Source of the DNA: Longimicrobiales bacterium
Lineage (GTDB): Bacteria; Gemmatimonadota; Gemmatimonadetes; Longimicrobiales; Gaopeijiaceae
DNA: 64,000 nt
Assembly: GCA_965204735.1 (NCBI GenBank)
Contig: OZ242008.1
Coordinates: 2,112,001-2,176,000, forward strand
Direction: 5' to 3'
Shown: piece after piece, positions 39,426-50,400 of the stretch
How the letters are laid out: every line of letters starts with the position of its first letter
Position numbering within the stretch: the first letter of the stretch is position 1
Program-made: the position numbers and the translations under genes
Notes under the pieces: model-generated
The model's input: the letters and a program-made list of their open reading frames with translations, nothing else
What the model was told of the DNA's origin: nothing
The model's database searches: none

Positions 39426-39503
39426 GGCGGGGAAAGGTAATTGCCATGTGAACGACAGTCCAACATGATGGAGAACGGCCCAAGACCCTGCCCAGGAGTG
39501 CCG

Positions 39504-41528
39504 ATGTTCCGTCTCCAAGCGCCGATCTCGCGTACACGCGGAGCGACCCGTCCCCGGACGCTCGCCCGACACTTCCCCTGTTGGCTGGGCGTGCTCGCGC
39601 TCGCGCTCCCGGCCGCGGCCAGCGGCCAGCGCGTGAGCGACGGCCCCAAGGTCGTGCTGGGGTCGGTGCCCTTCTCCCTGTCCGTGGAGGGGCAACCCCT
39701 CGCGGCGGACGGAGAGCCGGGCCTCTCCGCCCTGGTGGAGGTTCGGGACGCCCACGGCGCCCTCTTGGCGTCGGGAGCGGTGGACGCCGGGGAAGTGCGG
39801 GAGTTCCGGGATATCTCCGTCGCTTCCCGGGACGCGCTGCCCCTCTCGGTGCGGGCGGGCGAATCGGTGGAGGAGTTCTCCCGTCCCTACGCGCCGGGGT
39901 GGTTCTCGGTGCTTCCGCCCCTCTTCGCGATCCTGCTTGCGCTGGTCTTCAAGGAAGTGATCACGGCGCTGGTGGCGGGGGTGTGGCTGGGGGCGCTGGC
40001 GGTGTCGGGCTACAACCCGGTGGAGGCCACTTGGCGCCTGGTGGACCAGTACGTCGTCTCGGCGCTGGCCGACACGAGCAGCGGCCACGCCCAGATCGTG
40101 ATCTTCAGCCTGATGCTGGGCGGAATGGTGGGGATCATCGGCCGCAACGGGGGCACCCTGGGAGTGGTCCGGGCGGTGGCGCCCCTGGCGAGGAACCGTC
40201 GCCGAGGGAAGGTGGCCACTGCCCTGGCCGGCCTGGCGATCTTCTTCGACGACTACGCCAACACGCTGGTGGTGGGCAACACGATGCGGCCCATCACCGA
40301 CAAGCTGAGGATCTCCCGCGAGAAGCTGGCGTACCTGGTGGACTCGACGGCGGCGCCGGTGGCGGCCCTGGTGCCCGTGTCGACCTGGGTCGGCTACGAG
40401 ATCTCGCTGATCGGAGGGGGACTGGAGGCGGCCGCCGCGGAGGCGCAGGGCGCGGACGCCGCCTTCCTGGCCGGGATCAGTCCCTTCGCCGTCTTCCTGG
40501 AGACGATTCCCTACCTCTTCTACCCGCTCCTGGCCATGGCCTTCGTCCTGCTCACGTCGGCGACGAACCGCGACTTCGGGGCCATGGCGAAGGCGGAAGC
40601 CCGGGCCGCCAAGGGCGACGGGCTCAACCGACCGGGCGCCACGCCCGCGACCGACACGTCGGGCAGCTTCCTGAAGGCCAAGGAAGGGACGCCGGTTCGC
40701 TGGTGGAACGCCGCGCTGCCCGTGCTGACGGTGGTGGCGGTCGTCCTGGGCGGACTCTACGCGACCGGGCGCGCCGGCGCGGGTCCCGACGCCTCGCTGA
40801 TGGACGTCTTCGGCGCGTCGGACCCCTTCAGCACGCTGCTGTGGGGCTCGTTCGCCGGATGCCTGGTCGCCCTGGCGCTCTCGGTGTCGCAGCGGCTGCT
40901 CACGGTCCACGAGTGCGTGGACGCCTGGACCGGAGGCGTGCGCGCCATGATGATCGCCATGGTGATCCTGACGCTGGCCTGGGCCCTGGGAGCGGTGACG
41001 ACGGACGTGGGCACCGCGGGCTACCTCGCCCAGCTGCTCGAGGGCAACCTTCCCCTCGTCCTCCTCCCGGCGGTGGTGTTCGTCACGTCGGGGGCGATGG
41101 CCTTCGCGACGGGCACGTCGTGGACGACGATGGCGATCATGATCCCCCTGGTGGTGCCCCTCGTCGTCTCCTTGGCGGGCGGAACCGGCTTCGCCGACGG
41201 CGCCCAGTACGGCATCCTGCTCGGCTCGGTGAGCTCGGTGCTGGCGGGAGCGATCTGGGGCGATCACTGCTCGCCGATCTCCGACACCACGGTGCTGTCG
41301 TCCACGGCCGCGGCGTGCGACCACGTGGACCACGTGCGGACCCAGCTGCCGTACGCCATGCTGGTGGGCGCGGTGGGGCTGGCGCTGGGCAACGTGGGGA
41401 CGGCGCTGGGGCTTCCGGTGTGGATCGCCCTGCCCGCCGGCGTGGCGCTGCTGGCCGTCTTCCTGCGGGTCTTCGGGACGCCGGTGCCGGAGGTGGAAGA
41501 GGCGGACGGGAGGCGGGCGGAGACGTAG
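39504..41528 (+). CDS. Na+/H+ antiporter NhaC-family protein
   Basis: [63 protein letters not shown] before ATG 39504. Confidence 0.88.
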   Translation: MFRLQAPISRTRGATRPRTLARHFPCWLGVLALALPAAASGQRVSDGPKVVLGSVPFSLSVEGQPLAADGEPGLSALVEVRDAHGALLASGAVDAGEVREFRDISVASRDALPLSVRAGESVEEFSRPYAPGWFSVLPPLFAILLALVFKEVITALVAGVWLGALAVSGYNPVEATWRLVDQYVVSALADTSSGHAQIVIFSLMLGGMVGIIGRNGGTLGVVRAVAPLARNRRRGKVATALAGLAIFFDDYANTLVVGNTMRPITDKLRISREKLAYLVDSTAAPVAALVPVSTWVGYEISLIGGGLEAAAAEAQGADAAFLAGISPFAVFLETIPYLFYPLLAMAFVLLTSATNRDFGAMAKAEARAAKGDGLNRPGATPATDTSGSFLKAKEGTPVRWWNAALPVLTVVAVVLGGLYATGRAGAGPDASLMDVFGASDPFSTLLWGSFAGCLVALALSVSQRLLTVHECVDAWTGGVRAMMIAMVILTLAWALGAVTTDVGTAGYLAQLLEGNLPLVLLPAVVFVTSGAMAFATGTSWTTMAIMIPLVVPLVVSLAGGTGFADGAQYGILLGSVSSVLAGAIWGDHCSPISDTTVLSSTAAACDHVDHVRTQLPYAMLVGAVGLALGNVGTALGLPVWIALPAGVALLAVFLRVFGTPVPEVEEADGRRAET

Positions 41529-41565
41529 CGCGCACTTCGCGCGCGGTCCTGCGCGACGGGGCGTC

Positions 41566-42090
41566 CTACCGCCGGCGTCGCCCCCGACGGGCGCGGAAGA
41601 ACGTTCTCAGCAGCTCCGCGGACTCGTCGGCCAGAACGCCGGCAAGGACTTCGGCGCGGTGGTTGAGGCGGGGGTGGCGGACCAGGTCGCCCAAGCTGCC
41701 GGCCATCCCTGCCTTGGGGTCGGGGGCGCCGTAGACCAGGCGCGGCAGGCGGGCCAGCACGACGGCGCCGGCGCAGTGGGCGCAGGGCTCCAGGGTCGCG
41801 TAGAGGGTGCATCCTTCCAGGCGCCAGTCGCCCAGCGCACGGGCCGCGCTCCGGATCGCCACCGCTTCGGCGTGGGCGGTCGGGTCGGACCACGCCGCCG
41901 TGCGGTTGTGGGCCTCGGCCAGCAGGCGGCCGTCGCGGACGATCACCGCGCCGACGGGCGCTTCGCCCCGGATTGCGGCGACGCGGGCCATCTCCAGCGC
42001 CCGGGCCATCCAGGCCAGGTCCTGGGCGCCGGGGGAAGGCGGGGACGAAGCGCCGGCAGGCGCCGAAGAGCGGCCCGCTGGCGCCGACAC
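41566..42090 (-). CDS. tadA: tRNA adenosine(34) deaminase
   Basis: GEAPVGA, DPTAHAE, TLEPCAHC, DPKAG, LNH, FFRARR. Start uncertain. Confidence 0.9.
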   Translation of the reverse strand: MSAPAGRSSAPAGASSPPSPGAQDLAWMARALEMARVAAIRGEAPVGAVIVRDGRLLAEAHNRTAAWSDPTAHAEAVAIRSAARALGDWRLEGCTLYATLEPCAHCAGAVVLARLPRLVYGAPDPKAGMAGSLGDLVRHPRLNHRAEVLAGVLADESAELLRTFFRARRGRRRR

Positions 42091-42095
42091 GGCGG

Positions 42096-42863
42096 CTAGT
42101 GGGCGGTGAGGGCGGCCGTAAAGGGCAACGGGCCCACCCGGCGGTAGAGGGCCGACACCCGTCCGACGATCGCCGGCCGCCGATCGGATTCCTCCATCGT
42201 CGCCGCGGCGGCCGGCATGCCGCCTCCCTCCATGGGGTAGAGCGAGATTCCCGTGGTCGTTCGCCGCAGCCGGTAGTACCCGGAGGCTCCGTCCAGGCTG
42301 GCGGCCACGATCTCGCCGTCCGCCAACTCCTCTGCCGCGACCGGCTCGATCACCAGAAAGTCCCCTTCGTCGATCCCCGCGGCGGCCAGGCGGTCGCCGG
42401 GACTCCGCACCATGAAGCTCCCCTTGCGGCCGACCAGCTGCCGGTCGAGGGCCAGGCGCAACGGGGCGCTTCCCGTGCCCGCCCCGTCGGCCGCCTCCGC
42501 CAAGTCGCGGTAGCACGCCACGTTGACGGTCGGGGGACCAAGGTCCAGCCCCACGATCCTGACCGCTCGAGACCGCGACGGGTCCCGCTCCAGAAACCCC
42601 TTCTCCGCCAACGACCGCAGGTGCTCGGAAACCGTCTTGGTGCTCTTGATGCCGAACCGCTCGCCGATCTCCCTGATCGACGGCTGATAGGTGTTCGCGC
42701 GCAGGTAGCGCACCATGAAGTCCAGGATCTCGCGCTCCATGCCGGTCAGTCGGGAGGCGACGGGAGCGGGGGCGGCTCGAGGCGACGTCGCCGGGCCGGA
42801 CTTGGAAGCGAGTGGCATCTGGTATCGAGGCGGGGACGGCGGTTCGGGGAGGGCGGGAATCAT
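42096..42863 (-). CDS. lexA: LexA-family repressor with degenerate peptidase domain
   Basis: LT...ILDF...PSIREIGERFGIKS...HLRSLAEKGFL...SRA DNA-binding domain. ATGA overlap with gltX. C-domain lacks the canonical AG, GDSM and K. Confidence 0.75.
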   Translation of the reverse strand: MIPALPEPPSPPRYQMPLASKSGPATSPRAAPAPVASRLTGMEREILDFMVRYLRANTYQPSIREIGERFGIKSTKTVSEHLRSLAEKGFLERDPSRSRAVRIVGLDLGPPTVNVACYRDLAEAADGAGTGSAPLRLALDRQLVGRKGSFMVRSPGDRLAAAGIDEGDFLVIEPVAAEELADGEIVAASLDGASGYYRLRRTTTGISLYPMEGGGMPAAAATMEESDRRPAIVGRVSALYRRVGPLPFTAALTAH

Positions 42864-44314
42864 ACACCCCGAACGGACGGGCTGCAATCGACTTCGCCGC
42901 CGCCCAGGGCGGCGAGGGCGGCATCCACCCGACGGACCGAACGCTCCCGTCCAAGGATCGCCAGCACGTCGAATATCCCCGGGCTGGCGGAGCGCCCCGT
43001 GAGCGCCAGGCGCAGGGGCTGGAAGAGCTTCCCCGCCCCGATCCCGAGCGCCTCCGCCAAGCCGCGAAGCTCCGCCTCCAGGGCGTCGTCGTGCCAGGCG
43101 GCGCGGGCCAGCGTCTCCCTCGCGGCCGACAGCGTCTTCGCGGCCTGGTCGGGGTTCCGGCCCCACGTCTTTCGGGCCGCCTTAGGGTCGTAGCCGGAGA
43201 GGGGAGCGACGTAGGGCCGGGCGCCCTCGGCCATCTCCGCCAAGGTGCGGCTCCGGGGCGCCAGCGCCGCCGTCATGCGGAGGTGCGCCGGCGCCGGGAG
43301 CGCGGCGGCGTCCGGGAGCCGGCGACGCAGCAGCCCGGCCAGCGCCTCCGTCTCCATGCCGGCGATGTGCCGGCCGTTCAACCAGCGGAGCTTCTCCGGG
43401 TCGAAGACGGCCCCCTTCTTGAGGACCCGCTCCATGGAGAAGCGGGCCGCCAGCTCCTCCCTCGTCATCGCCTCTTCGTCGGTTCCGGGGGACCAGCCCA
43501 GCAGCGCCAAGTAGTTGACCATCGCTTCGGCGAGCACGCCCTCCTCGCGGTACGACTCCACCGACTGGGCGCCGTGGCGCTTGGAGAGGCGCTTGCCGTC
43601 GGGGCCCAGGATCATGGGGAGATGGCCGAACGCGGGGAGTTGGCGGCCGAGGGCTTGGTAGAGGAGGATCTGCTTGGGAGTGTTGGAGATGTGGTCGTCG
43701 CCCCGGATCACGTGGGTGACTTGGGCGTCGGCGTCGTCGGAGGCCACGGCCAAGTTGTAGGTGGGGGCGCCGTCGCTCCGCAGGATCACGAAGTCGTCGA
43801 TCTCGGCGTTCCGGAAGCGCGTCGAGCCGTGCACCAGATCGTCCCAGGAGACGGCTCCGTCCGGCACCCGGAAGCGAAGCGCGAAGGGCTCCCCCGCCGC
43901 GGCCCTGCGCTCCCCCTCGTCGAGCGGGACCCGGGCCGCCAGCTCTCGCGAAAGGCGCGTCACGGCCCCGGCGCCCGCAGCCACCGCGGCGTCCCGCGCC
44001 CTCGCGAACTCCTCCTGGGGCGTGAAGTCGCGGTAGGCGCGGCCCTCGGCCAGCAGGCGCAGCGCGTCCCGCCGGTGCCGCTCCGCGCCGTCGGCCTGGA
44101 AGACGGGCCCCTCGTCCCACTCCAGCCCCAGCCAAGCCAGCCCGTTCGTGATGGCGTCCACGTGCTCGGGCCGGCTCCGGCTCCGGTCCGTGTCCTCGAT
44201 GCGCAGGAGGAAGGCGCCCCCGTGGCGTCGGGCCAGGAGCCAGTTGAAGAGGGCCGTGCGGGCCCCGCCCACGTGAAGGAAGCCCGTGGGAGACGGGGCG
44301 AAGCGGAGCCTCAA
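42860..44314 (-). CDS. gltX: Glutamate--tRNA ligase
   Basis: RFAPSPTGFLHVGG, LRIEDTD, THVIRGDDH, KRLSKRHG. TTG start overlaps the RND stop. Confidence 0.95.
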   Translation of the reverse strand: MRLRFAPSPTGFLHVGGARTALFNWLLARRHGGAFLLRIEDTDRSRSRPEHVDAITNGLAWLGLEWDEGPVFQADGAERHRRDALRLLAEGRAYRDFTPQEEFARARDAAVAAGAGAVTRLSRELAARVPLDEGERRAAAGEPFALRFRVPDGAVSWDDLVHGSTRFRNAEIDDFVILRSDGAPTYNLAVASDDADAQVTHVIRGDDHISNTPKQILLYQALGRQLPAFGHLPMILGPDGKRLSKRHGAQSVESYREEGVLAEAMVNYLALLGWSPGTDEEAMTREELAARFSMERVLKKGAVFDPEKLRWLNGRHIAGMETEALAGLLRRRLPDAAALPAPAHLRMTAALAPRSRTLAEMAEGARPYVAPLSGYDPKAARKTWGRNPDQAAKTLSAARETLARAAWHDDALEAELRGLAEALGIGAGKLFQPLRLALTGRSASPGIFDVLAILGRERSVRRVDAALAALGGGEVDCSPSVRGV

Positions 44315-47300
44315 GCGCGCGCTTCCTTGCGCCGCTCGAAGAGGAAGTACAGGGCCGGCGTGGCCGTCAGGACGAGGAAGGTGGAGGTGAGGAGTCCCCC
44401 GATCAGCGCGTAGGCCAGGGCGTTCCAGATGTTGGAGTTGGCGGTCTCGCTGAAGAGGACCAGAGGCAGCATCCCCAGGATGGTGGTGGTGGAGGTCATG
44501 AGGATCGGGCGCACCCGCTCCACCGTCCCCTGGACGATCGCCGCCCGCAGGGCCATGCCCCGCTCCCGCCGCACCCTGCCCACGTGGTCCACCAGCAGGA
44601 TCGCGTTGTTGACGACGATGCCCCCCATCATGATCACGCCGATCCACGCCTCCCGGGTGAAGTGGGCGTCGGTGAAGAAGAAGATCATGAAGACGCCGAT
44701 CAGCGCCATGGGAACCGCGAGCAGCACGCACAGGGGCAGCAGGAGCGACTCGAAGAGCGCGGCCGTGACCATCAGCACCAAGAAGATCGAGACGCCCAGC
44801 ACGAGCCGGATCTGGGACTTCTCCTCCGTCGACCATCGCCAGCGGTCCGCCTTCTTCACCGTGTAGCCCGGGGGCACCTCGGTGGACTCGATCACCGTGT
44901 TGTGCACCAAGTCGCCCAGCTTGTAGGGACCCCGGAACTCGTAGGCCACGGAACGCTCGTACTGCTGGTTCTCGCGGTTGATCTCGGCCAGCACCTCGCG
45001 GGACTCGATCCGGACGAGCTCGCCCAGGCGCACGGGCTGGCCGACGTTCGTCATGACCAGCGCCCGGCGAAGGTCCAGCAGGTCCACCTCCCGGTTGCCC
45101 TCCAGCTTCACGTCGTAGCGCACCTCGTCGCCGCCGATCTTGAGGGTCGTCATGCTCACTTGGCCCCGAACCGCCGCGTGGACCTGCCGGGAGAGGTCCT
45201 CCACCGTGAGCCCGTGGCTGGCCACCACGTCCCGGTCGATCGTCACGGCGAACTCGGAGGCGCGCTCCCGCTGGAACCAGCTCCGGGAAGCGTTGGTGTT
45301 CACCTCCCGGACGCGAGCGATTCGCGAGAGGCGCTTGCCCAGGTCCTCGGCGATGTCGCGAACCATCTCGTAGTTGTAGCCGAGCACCTGGATCGTGTAG
45401 TTGGGGGCCGATCCGCCGCCGCCGTAGAACGAGGGGCCGAAGCCGTGCACCCGCACCTCGGCGCCCGTGAACTGGAGGGAGAAGGCGAAGAGCTGGTCCT
45501 TGATCGCCACGGGCACCGCGGTGGTCTCCAGCTCGTCGGGGAACGTCACCCTGGTGTAGCTGTTCTCGGTGGAGATGTTGGAGGTGAACTGCTCGACCTC
45601 GGGCATCTGGCGGAGGCGCTCCTCGAAGTAGCGCGTCAACTGGTCGGTGCGCTCGATGTCCGAGCCCCGGGGAAGCCGGATCATGATGCTGATGTAGGTC
45701 TCGTTGCCCCATCCGCCGCCCCAGATGCGGCCCTTGGTCACGTATTCGTCGAAGAGGTAGTAGGAGCCGCCCAGGGCGCCCAGGCCGATCGCCACCGTGA
45801 TCCACGGCCAGCGCAGGGTGCGGACGACCAAGCCGCGGTAGAAGCGCTCGTACAGGGGCGCGCGACGCCCGGCGGTCTCCCCCGGGTCGATCGGCCGGGC
45901 GCCCGTGGTCCCCGTGCCGGCGCCCCCTGCGGCGACCGACTCGGCCCGGGCGGGCAGGAGCTTCTTGACCAGCGCCGGGATGAAGGTGAAGGCGACGGCC
46001 AGCGAGGCCAGGAGGGTCAGGGCGACGACGACGGCCAGGGGCACGTAGAAGACCCGAAGCTCGTCCTGCATGTAGACGAAGGGAACGAAGACGATCAGGG
46101 TGGTGGCCGTCGCCGCCATGATCGGCAGGACGACCTGGGACGCGCCGTTGCGAATGGCGTCCTCGGCGCGCTCGCCCGACTGCCATCGCCGGTAGATGTT
46201 CTCCAGCACGACGATGGAGTTGTCCACGATCAGCCCGAAGCCCATCGCCAGCCCCATCAGGGTCATGATGTTGAGGGAGAGGCCGGTGAAGTAGATCAGG
46301 TTGAGGGCGATGAGGATCGAGAAGGCGATGGTGGCGAAGACCACCATGGCGGAGCGGAAGGAGCGGAGGAAGAGCAGCAGCACCCCGAAGATCACGAACA
46401 CGGACACGGCGGCCCGGTTCCGCAGGTCCGAAAGCTGGCGGCGGATGTCCCGGCTCTCGTCCCAGTCCAGGATGAAGCGCGTGTTGGGCGGATTGCTCCG
46501 CTCCAGGATCGCCAGCCGCTCCTTCACCCGGTCGGCCACGCGGACGGTGTTGGTGCCGATCTCCTTGTAGAGGGAGAGGCTGACCGCCGGACGGCCGTTG
46601 ATCCGGTAGTGGCTGCGGACGTCCTCGTAGGTGTCCCGGACGACGGCCACGTCCGAGACCCGAACGACCCGGCCCCCGGCGCCGCTGACGATCGCGCTGC
46701 GGATGTCCTGGGCCGAACCGGGACGGTTGCGGATCGTGACCGTCCACTCCCGGTCGCCGTCGCGCACGCTGCCCGCCTCGCGCACCAGGTCCAGGTCCAT
46801 GAGCTTGCCGGCCACCTGGGGCGCCGACACGCCCATCGCCGCCATCCGCTCCCGGTCGAGCTCCACTTCCAGCAGCCGTTCCCGACCGCCCCGGGCTCGA
46901 ACCACCGAGACGCCCTCCACCCGGTTGAGCTCGGGGACCACCACGTCGTCCAGGTGCTCGCGAAGGGACTCCAGCGTGCGCGGGCCCGTGAAGGTGTACT
47001 CGAGGAAGGCGCGCCGGATGTCCCGGAAGTCCTGGGGGACGTAGGGCTCCACCAGGACTCGGCGCACGCCGGCCGGCAGCTCCTTCTCCTCCAGCGTGGC
47101 CAGCCGCTCCGACAGGTCCAGGCGGGCGAAGTCCATGTCGGTCTCGCGGGTGAACTCCACGTCGATCGCCGCCTCGCCCTCGCGGGAGACCGAGGTGACC
47201 TTCTCCACGCCGCGAACCAGCTGGATCGCCGCCTCCACGGGCGACGTGAGGAACGCTTCCACGGTCTCCGGAGATGCGCCGGGCCACGTGCCGCGCACGG

Positions 47301-47430
47301 TCAGGCGGGGCAGCTGGGTGTCGGGAAGGAGCTCGACCGGCAGGTTGCGCCAAGCCGCCACGCCCAGCAGCGCGACGGCGAAGTACCCCATGGCCACGGC
47401 CACGGGCCGGCGGATGCTGGTGCGGATCAC
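44311..47430 (-). CDS. RND efflux permease (AcrB/MdtC-like)
   Basis: LPVELLP, GASPETVE, IVDNSIVVLENI, GIVVNNAIL, RVRPILMT. Confidence 0.92.
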   Translation of the reverse strand: MIRTSIRRPVAVAMGYFAVALLGVAAWRNLPVELLPDTQLPRLTVRGTWPGASPETVEAFLTSPVEAAIQLVRGVEKVTSVSREGEAAIDVEFTRETDMDFARLDLSERLATLEEKELPAGVRRVLVEPYVPQDFRDIRRAFLEYTFTGPRTLESLREHLDDVVVPELNRVEGVSVVRARGGRERLLEVELDRERMAAMGVSAPQVAGKLMDLDLVREAGSVRDGDREWTVTIRNRPGSAQDIRSAIVSGAGGRVVRVSDVAVVRDTYEDVRSHYRINGRPAVSLSLYKEIGTNTVRVADRVKERLAILERSNPPNTRFILDWDESRDIRRQLSDLRNRAAVSVFVIFGVLLLFLRSFRSAMVVFATIAFSILIALNLIYFTGLSLNIMTLMGLAMGFGLIVDNSIVVLENIYRRWQSGERAEDAIRNGASQVVLPIMAATATTLIVFVPFVYMQDELRVFYVPLAVVVALTLLASLAVAFTFIPALVKKLLPARAESVAAGGAGTGTTGARPIDPGETAGRRAPLYERFYRGLVVRTLRWPWITVAIGLGALGGSYYLFDEYVTKGRIWGGGWGNETYISIMIRLPRGSDIERTDQLTRYFEERLRQMPEVEQFTSNISTENSYTRVTFPDELETTAVPVAIKDQLFAFSLQFTGAEVRVHGFGPSFYGGGGSAPNYTIQVLGYNYEMVRDIAEDLGKRLSRIARVREVNTNASRSWFQRERASEFAVTIDRDVVASHGLTVEDLSRQVHAAVRGQVSMTTLKIGGDEVRYDVKLEGNREVDLLDLRRALVMTNVGQPVRLGELVRIESREVLAEINRENQQYERSVAYEFRGPYKLGDLVHNTVIESTEVPPGYTVKKADRWRWSTEEKSQIRLVLGVSIFLVLMVTAALFESLLLPLCVLLAVPMALIGVFMIFFFTDAHFTREAWIGVIMMGGIVVNNAILLVDHVGRVRRERGMALRAAIVQGTVERVRPILMTSTTTILGMLPLVLFSETANSNIWNALAYALIGGLLTSTFLVLTATPALYFLFERRKEARA

Positions 47431-50400
47431 GGCGAGCCCGCTCCGGCCGGGAGCGGCGCGGGCGACGGGGCTGCCGCGTCGCGGGAGCGGCCCGTCGCAA
47501 GCGCGCGCAGGTCCTCGACCAGGGAGTAGACGACGGGGACGACGACCAGGGTGAGGGCCGTGGCCACGATGAGCCCGCCGATGACGGCGACGGCCATCGG
47601 CGCCCGCAGGTCGGCGCCGCGGCCGATGCCCAGCGCCATCGGCGTGAGTCCCAGCACGGTGGTCGCCGTGGTCATGACGATGGGGCGCAGGCGCACTTCG
47701 CCGGCCTCCAGGATCGCGTCGCGCAGGCTGCTGCCGCGCGCTCGGGCGCGGTTGATGAAGTCGACCTTCACGATGGCGTCGTTCACCACGATGCCGACGA
47801 GGATCACGATCCCGATCAGGCTCATGGTGTTGAGCCCTTGCCCCGCCAGCGCCAGGGCGAGCACGGCGCCCACCAGGGCCAGGGGAACCGCCATGAGGAT
47901 CGTGAAGGGGTGGACGAACGACTCGAACTGGGCCGCGAGGATCATGTAGACCAGCAGCAGCGCCAAGCCGAAGGCGAACGTCAGGTCGCGGAAGGAGCGG
48001 CGCATCTCCTCGTTCTCGCCCCCCACCTCGAGGCGAACCTCGGAGGGCGGCTGCACGCTCGCAAGGGCGGCCTCCACCGAGGCGATGGCCTCCGCCAGCC
48101 CGCCCGACGCCACGTCGGCGTACACGGTCACGACCCGGCCCTGGTCCTCCCGGCGGATCTCCGCTGGGCCGACCGTCTCGCGCACCTGGACCAGCTCCCG
48201 GAGGGGCACGCCGTCCACTTGCAGCGCCTCCAAGGTGGACGCGTCGTGGCGGAGCGCGTCCGGCAAGCGCACCACCACCGCGATCTTGCGGTCGAAGTCC
48301 ACGAACTCGGTGGCCCGGTCGCCCCGCATGGCGTTCTCGATCGTCTCGGCCACCGAGCGCGGCTCGATCTCGTAGCGGGCCGCCGCTTCCCGGTCGATGG
48401 AGACCTGGTACTGGGGCTGGCCCCGCTCCGAGCCGATCCGGACGTTGCGGACCGCGGCCACGCCGCGCATCCGGGCCTGCACGGCCTCGGCGAAGCCGTA
48501 CGCCTCTTCCAGGTCCTCGCCCCGGACGCGGACGGCGATGTCCGACTCGCTGCCGCCGAGGATCTGGCCGAGCGCCGTGGCTTGGCCGGTCTCGAAGGAG
48601 AGGAAGCCGGCCAGCTCCGCCGACGACCCGCTCCGGGACCGGCGGACCACTTCCTCGGTGACGGCCCGGTCGTCCAGGCGCACCTGCAGCAGGGCCGTGT
48701 TGACCCCCGCCGCTTCGCCTTGGGCGCCCTGCACGTCCCTGCCCACGCGGCTGAAGACCGCCGCCACTTCGGCGTCCCCCAGCAGCCTGCCCTCCACCTC
48801 CTCGGCGGCTTCGGCGGTCGCCTCCAGGGACGTGCCCTCGGGAAGCTCGACCCGGACGTCAAAGGCGCCCTGGTCCACGTCGGGGAGCAGGTCGCGGTCC
48901 AGCGAGCTGCCCAGCAGAACGGTGCCGGCCAGCGCCGCCGCGGCGGCGGCCAGCACCGTGCCTCGGCGGTCCAGCGCCTGTCCCAGCTTCCGGTGGTACC
49001 AGGCCGCGAAGGCGTCGAACGCCCGGTCGAAGGCGCCGAAGAGCGGGGCGAGGGCCGCCTTGAGAAAGCCGCCCGCCGACGCCGCCCAGTAGCGGACCAG
49101 CTGGGGGACCAGGCGCCAGAGCGCGCGCAGGACCCAGAACGGCACGTAGACCAGCCAGAGGAAGACGCAGACCACCGCCCGGAACGCGTGGCGCGCACCG
49201 CGGCCCGCTGCCCGCAGGGCCCCGGGGCCGGCGGGCCGCCTGGAACGGCGCCAGTAGACGAGGGGCCAGGGGCCGGCGGCCGAGCCGTCGGCGTCTGTCC
49301 GGGGTCGCCTGCCGACGAAGTGGGCCGCCATCGTCGGCAGGAGGGTGACGGCGACGGCCAAGCTGGCCAGCAGCGAGAACGCCACCGCCAGGGAGAGGGC
49401 CCCGAAGAGCTCGCCGGCGACCCCTTCCACGTAGATGATCGGTCCGAAGACCGAGATCGTCGTGAGGGTGGAGGCGGTGATCGCGCCCTGCACCTCTTCG
49501 GCGCCCTTGGCGGCGGCGTCCAGGATCGGCATCCCGCCTTCCCGGTGCCGGAAGATGTTCTCGAGGACGATGATGGAGTTGTCCACCAGCATCCCGACCC
49601 CGAGGGCGAGTCCCCCCAGGCTCATGATGTTGAGGGAGACGCCGAACGCCTCCATGAGGGAGAAGGTGGCCACGACGGAGATCGGGATCGCCAGGGCGAC
49701 GGCCACCGGGTAGCGGGGGTCGCGAAGGAAGAAGAAGAGGATCGCGAAGGCCAGCGCTCCCCCCAGGATCAGCGCCTGGACCACGTTGCTGATCGATTCG
49801 TCGATGAAGGTGGCCTGGTTGGACGCGATCTCGACGGTGAACTCGGGGTACTGCGCCCGGAGCAGGTCGAGGGTCTCCTGCACCAGCTCGGAGACGGCGA
49901 CCGTGTTGGCCCCCGATTCCTTGAAGACCAGGACGCCCACCGACTCGGCGCCGTCGTAGCGGGCGATCGACTCCCGCTCCTCGTAGCCGTCCACCACCCG
50001 GGCCACGTCCGAGAGCCGCACCAGCCGGTCCGTGGTCTCGGCCTCCTCGCCCTCGCGGCGCTCTTCCGGCGGAAGCGGACGGCCCGCCTGCTCCCGGCTG
50101 ACCACCACGTCCTCGATCTCCTCGACGGTCTGGAACTCGCCTAGGGTCCGCAGGGGGTAGCGGTAGCGGCCGCGCAGGATCGTCCCGCCCGGCGCCGAGT
50201 AGTTCGCCCTTTCCAGGGCCTCGGAGACTTCGTCGAGGCCGACGTTGTAGGCCTCCAGCAGGGCCGGGTCCACCTCGACCTGGATCTCCCGGTCCAGTCC
50301 GCCGGTGACCGACGCCTGGGCGATCCCGTCCAGCTGCTCGAGCCGCCGCCGGAAGACCGTCTCGGCGATCTCCTTCGTCTGCCACAGGTCTCGTCCGCCG

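Noticed and set aside
39330..39500. PyrR-binding attenuator upstream of pyrR
   Set aside because: No PyrR binding-loop consensus or U-tailed terminator was recognised.
42860..47500. Apparent 1546-aa GltX fusion (likewise the long N-extensions of ispG, the MTase, pyrB, pyrR, purN, tolC and the lipoprotein in the ORF track)
   Set aside because: The upstream parts are stop-free off-frames of the preceding genes. Real starts sit at stop/start overlaps or RBSs.
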